Assembly: GCA_048128005.1 (NCBI GenBank)
Contig: JBEUKZ010000041.1
Coordinates: forward strand, 119,507 to 139,506
DNA length: 20,000 bases
Source of the DNA: Veleropilina oligotropha
Taxonomy: Eukaryota
Reading direction: 5' to 3'
Part shown: piece after piece, positions 18,737-20,000 of the stretch
Numbering within the stretch: the stretch's first letter is position 1
Layout: each line of letters opens with the position of its first letter
Program-made: the position numbers and the translations under genes
Notes under the pieces: model-generated
What the model was told of the DNA's origin: nothing
The model's database searches: none
What the model saw: the letters and a program-made list of their open reading frames with translations, nothing else

Positions 18737-19991
18737 ATGGCGGAATTTGAGAACCCCACATTCGAGCCCGACATCATCGACGATGATGGTGAGGTTGGAT
18801 CCACGGACTGGATTGTGGCGGCGCCACAGGAAGGAACCAGCAGTCTGCGGCAAGAGCTTGTTCAAACAGCGGTTGATGACTACTGCAACGCCCTGTCCAA
18901 GGAGGGGCAAACCCCCGCCGCAGGGCGTGATTACTCCAGGTTCGATTACGTGGACGGGCGACTGCAGATGAAAGCCTGGTCCCACATCGATCTCATCAAT
19001 TCTAGCACCGGTAAACCCAAGGCTTTGGCAACCATAGCTGGCCAGCGTGGTGGGGTAGTGCCATCAGAGATGGGTTGGGCTTCGTACACTGGAAGCGGGG
19101 GGGACAAAAGCTGCCCTCAAAAGCGGTTGCGGCATTTCAGACAGCCAACAACGAGTTGAGCGGTGCGGCGGCCAATGTCGAAAACGTAGAACTGCGGGAC
19201 TTGGGGCAGACCGCGACAAAGGCCTCAGAAGCAATCCACAACATGGAGACGACGTTCACCGATGCCGAGGTTCAAGAGTTCTTGAACTCTATGGAGGGGG
19301 GCCCCCCTCCATTCAATCTTCGTGAGCTTCGTGGGCTGGACAAGGCGATGCAGACCATTCGAGGCGAGCTCACTAACAACCTGGCCAAACTAACGGCGCT
19401 GGACGAACACATAGAGCTGGAGAAGAGGAAGCTCGATCAGGCAGATGAAGAGGGCGGTGTGGATGAGTTCGTCCGTCGACGGATCGCGGAACGTCTGCGC
19501 AATTTACATGACGAGAGAGCAGCTCGCCTCGAGGCAGCCGGATCCAGCCGGGAGGCCCTTCGCTCTCAAATCAGCCGGATCCGAGAGATGCTAAATCGGA
19601 TCATCCACTCTGACAAAACGCTGGCCGAGCGTATCCGGACCCTCTTCCGAGAGCAAGGGGTTACGATAGCAACCATACTGACCGCTATCGGGCTCGCCAT
19701 CTCGACTCTGGTACTAGCACTAACCGGTGGAGCGCCGAGCATACCACAACCACCATCACCTCCCAGTGGTCAGGGGGGGGGGTCAAGGAGTGGGTCAAAA
19801 AGCGGCTGCAGAACCTGGGTCGGATTCTGGGCAAGCTAGCGGGGAAGGCCGCAGCCGCACTCCCAGGCATGATTGGCAGCCTGGTCTCCTGGCTAATCAA
19901 CCTGGTCGGCAAGACAGCGTCGTGGCTTGCTGAAAACCTGTGGGCTGTGATTATATCAGTTGGGGGCTTGCTTCTTATTGAAATGAAATGA
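18737..19991 (+). pseudogene. Coiled-coil membrane protein with C-terminal TM/amphipathic helices; two G-run frameshifts (~19052-19055, 19773-19782)
   Basis: Three segments join into ~418 aa: MAEFENPTF..., a long heptad region, EQGVTIATILTAIGLAISTLVLAL, a Pro linker, then VKEWVKKRLQNLGRILGKLAGKAAAALPGMIGSLVSWL...LWAVIISVGGLLLIEMK*. Confidence 0.75.
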
Positions 19992-20000
19992 AATGGAGTT

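Larger units (their letters stand above)
1..20000. mobile_element. Endogenous Polinton/Maverick-like (adintovirus/PLV-type) DNA virus, partial, interrupted at 4059-15729 by an LTR element
   Basis: Densely packed intronless genes: DDE integrase, A32-like ATPase next to a capsid-sized beta-rich protein, and a PolB-like/helicase gene. One ORF rejoins in frame across the LTR insertion. No terminal inverted repeats lie in the window. Confidence 0.82.

Noticed and set aside
18695..18985. 97-aa N-terminal extension of the capsid ORF
   Set aside because: It has a non-ATG start and is antisense to the 18737 gene. The ATG at 18694 is more plausible.
1..20000. Prokaryotic prophage or defence island
   Set aside because: LTRs, a tRNA PBS, spliceosomal signals and a furin-cleaved glycoprotein indicate a eukaryotic host.

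Overview
Eukaryotic (probably invertebrate animal) DNA made of two nested viral elements. The outer element (1-4058 and 15730-20000, GC-richer, both ends outside the window) is an endogenous Polinton/Maverick-like DNA virus. It encodes a divergent PolB-like/SF1 helicase/HNH fusion, a DDE integrase, several small membrane proteins, an A32/FtsK-like packaging ATPase, a probable double-jelly-roll major capsid protein and a coiled-coil membrane protein. Several of these genes carry single stops or homopolymer frameshifts. A complete 11.7 kb Ty3/gypsy LTR element (4059-15729, minus strand) has inserted into one of its membrane-protein genes. This insert has ~1.03-1.05 kb near-identical LTRs, an imperfect 4-bp TSD, a tRNA-His-like PBS, gag, pol reached by a -1 frameshift, and an F-type (baculovirus F/errantivirus-like) env that appears to be expressed by splicing from a 42-codon leader exon. 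All family assignments come from reading motifs by eye; no database searches were run.
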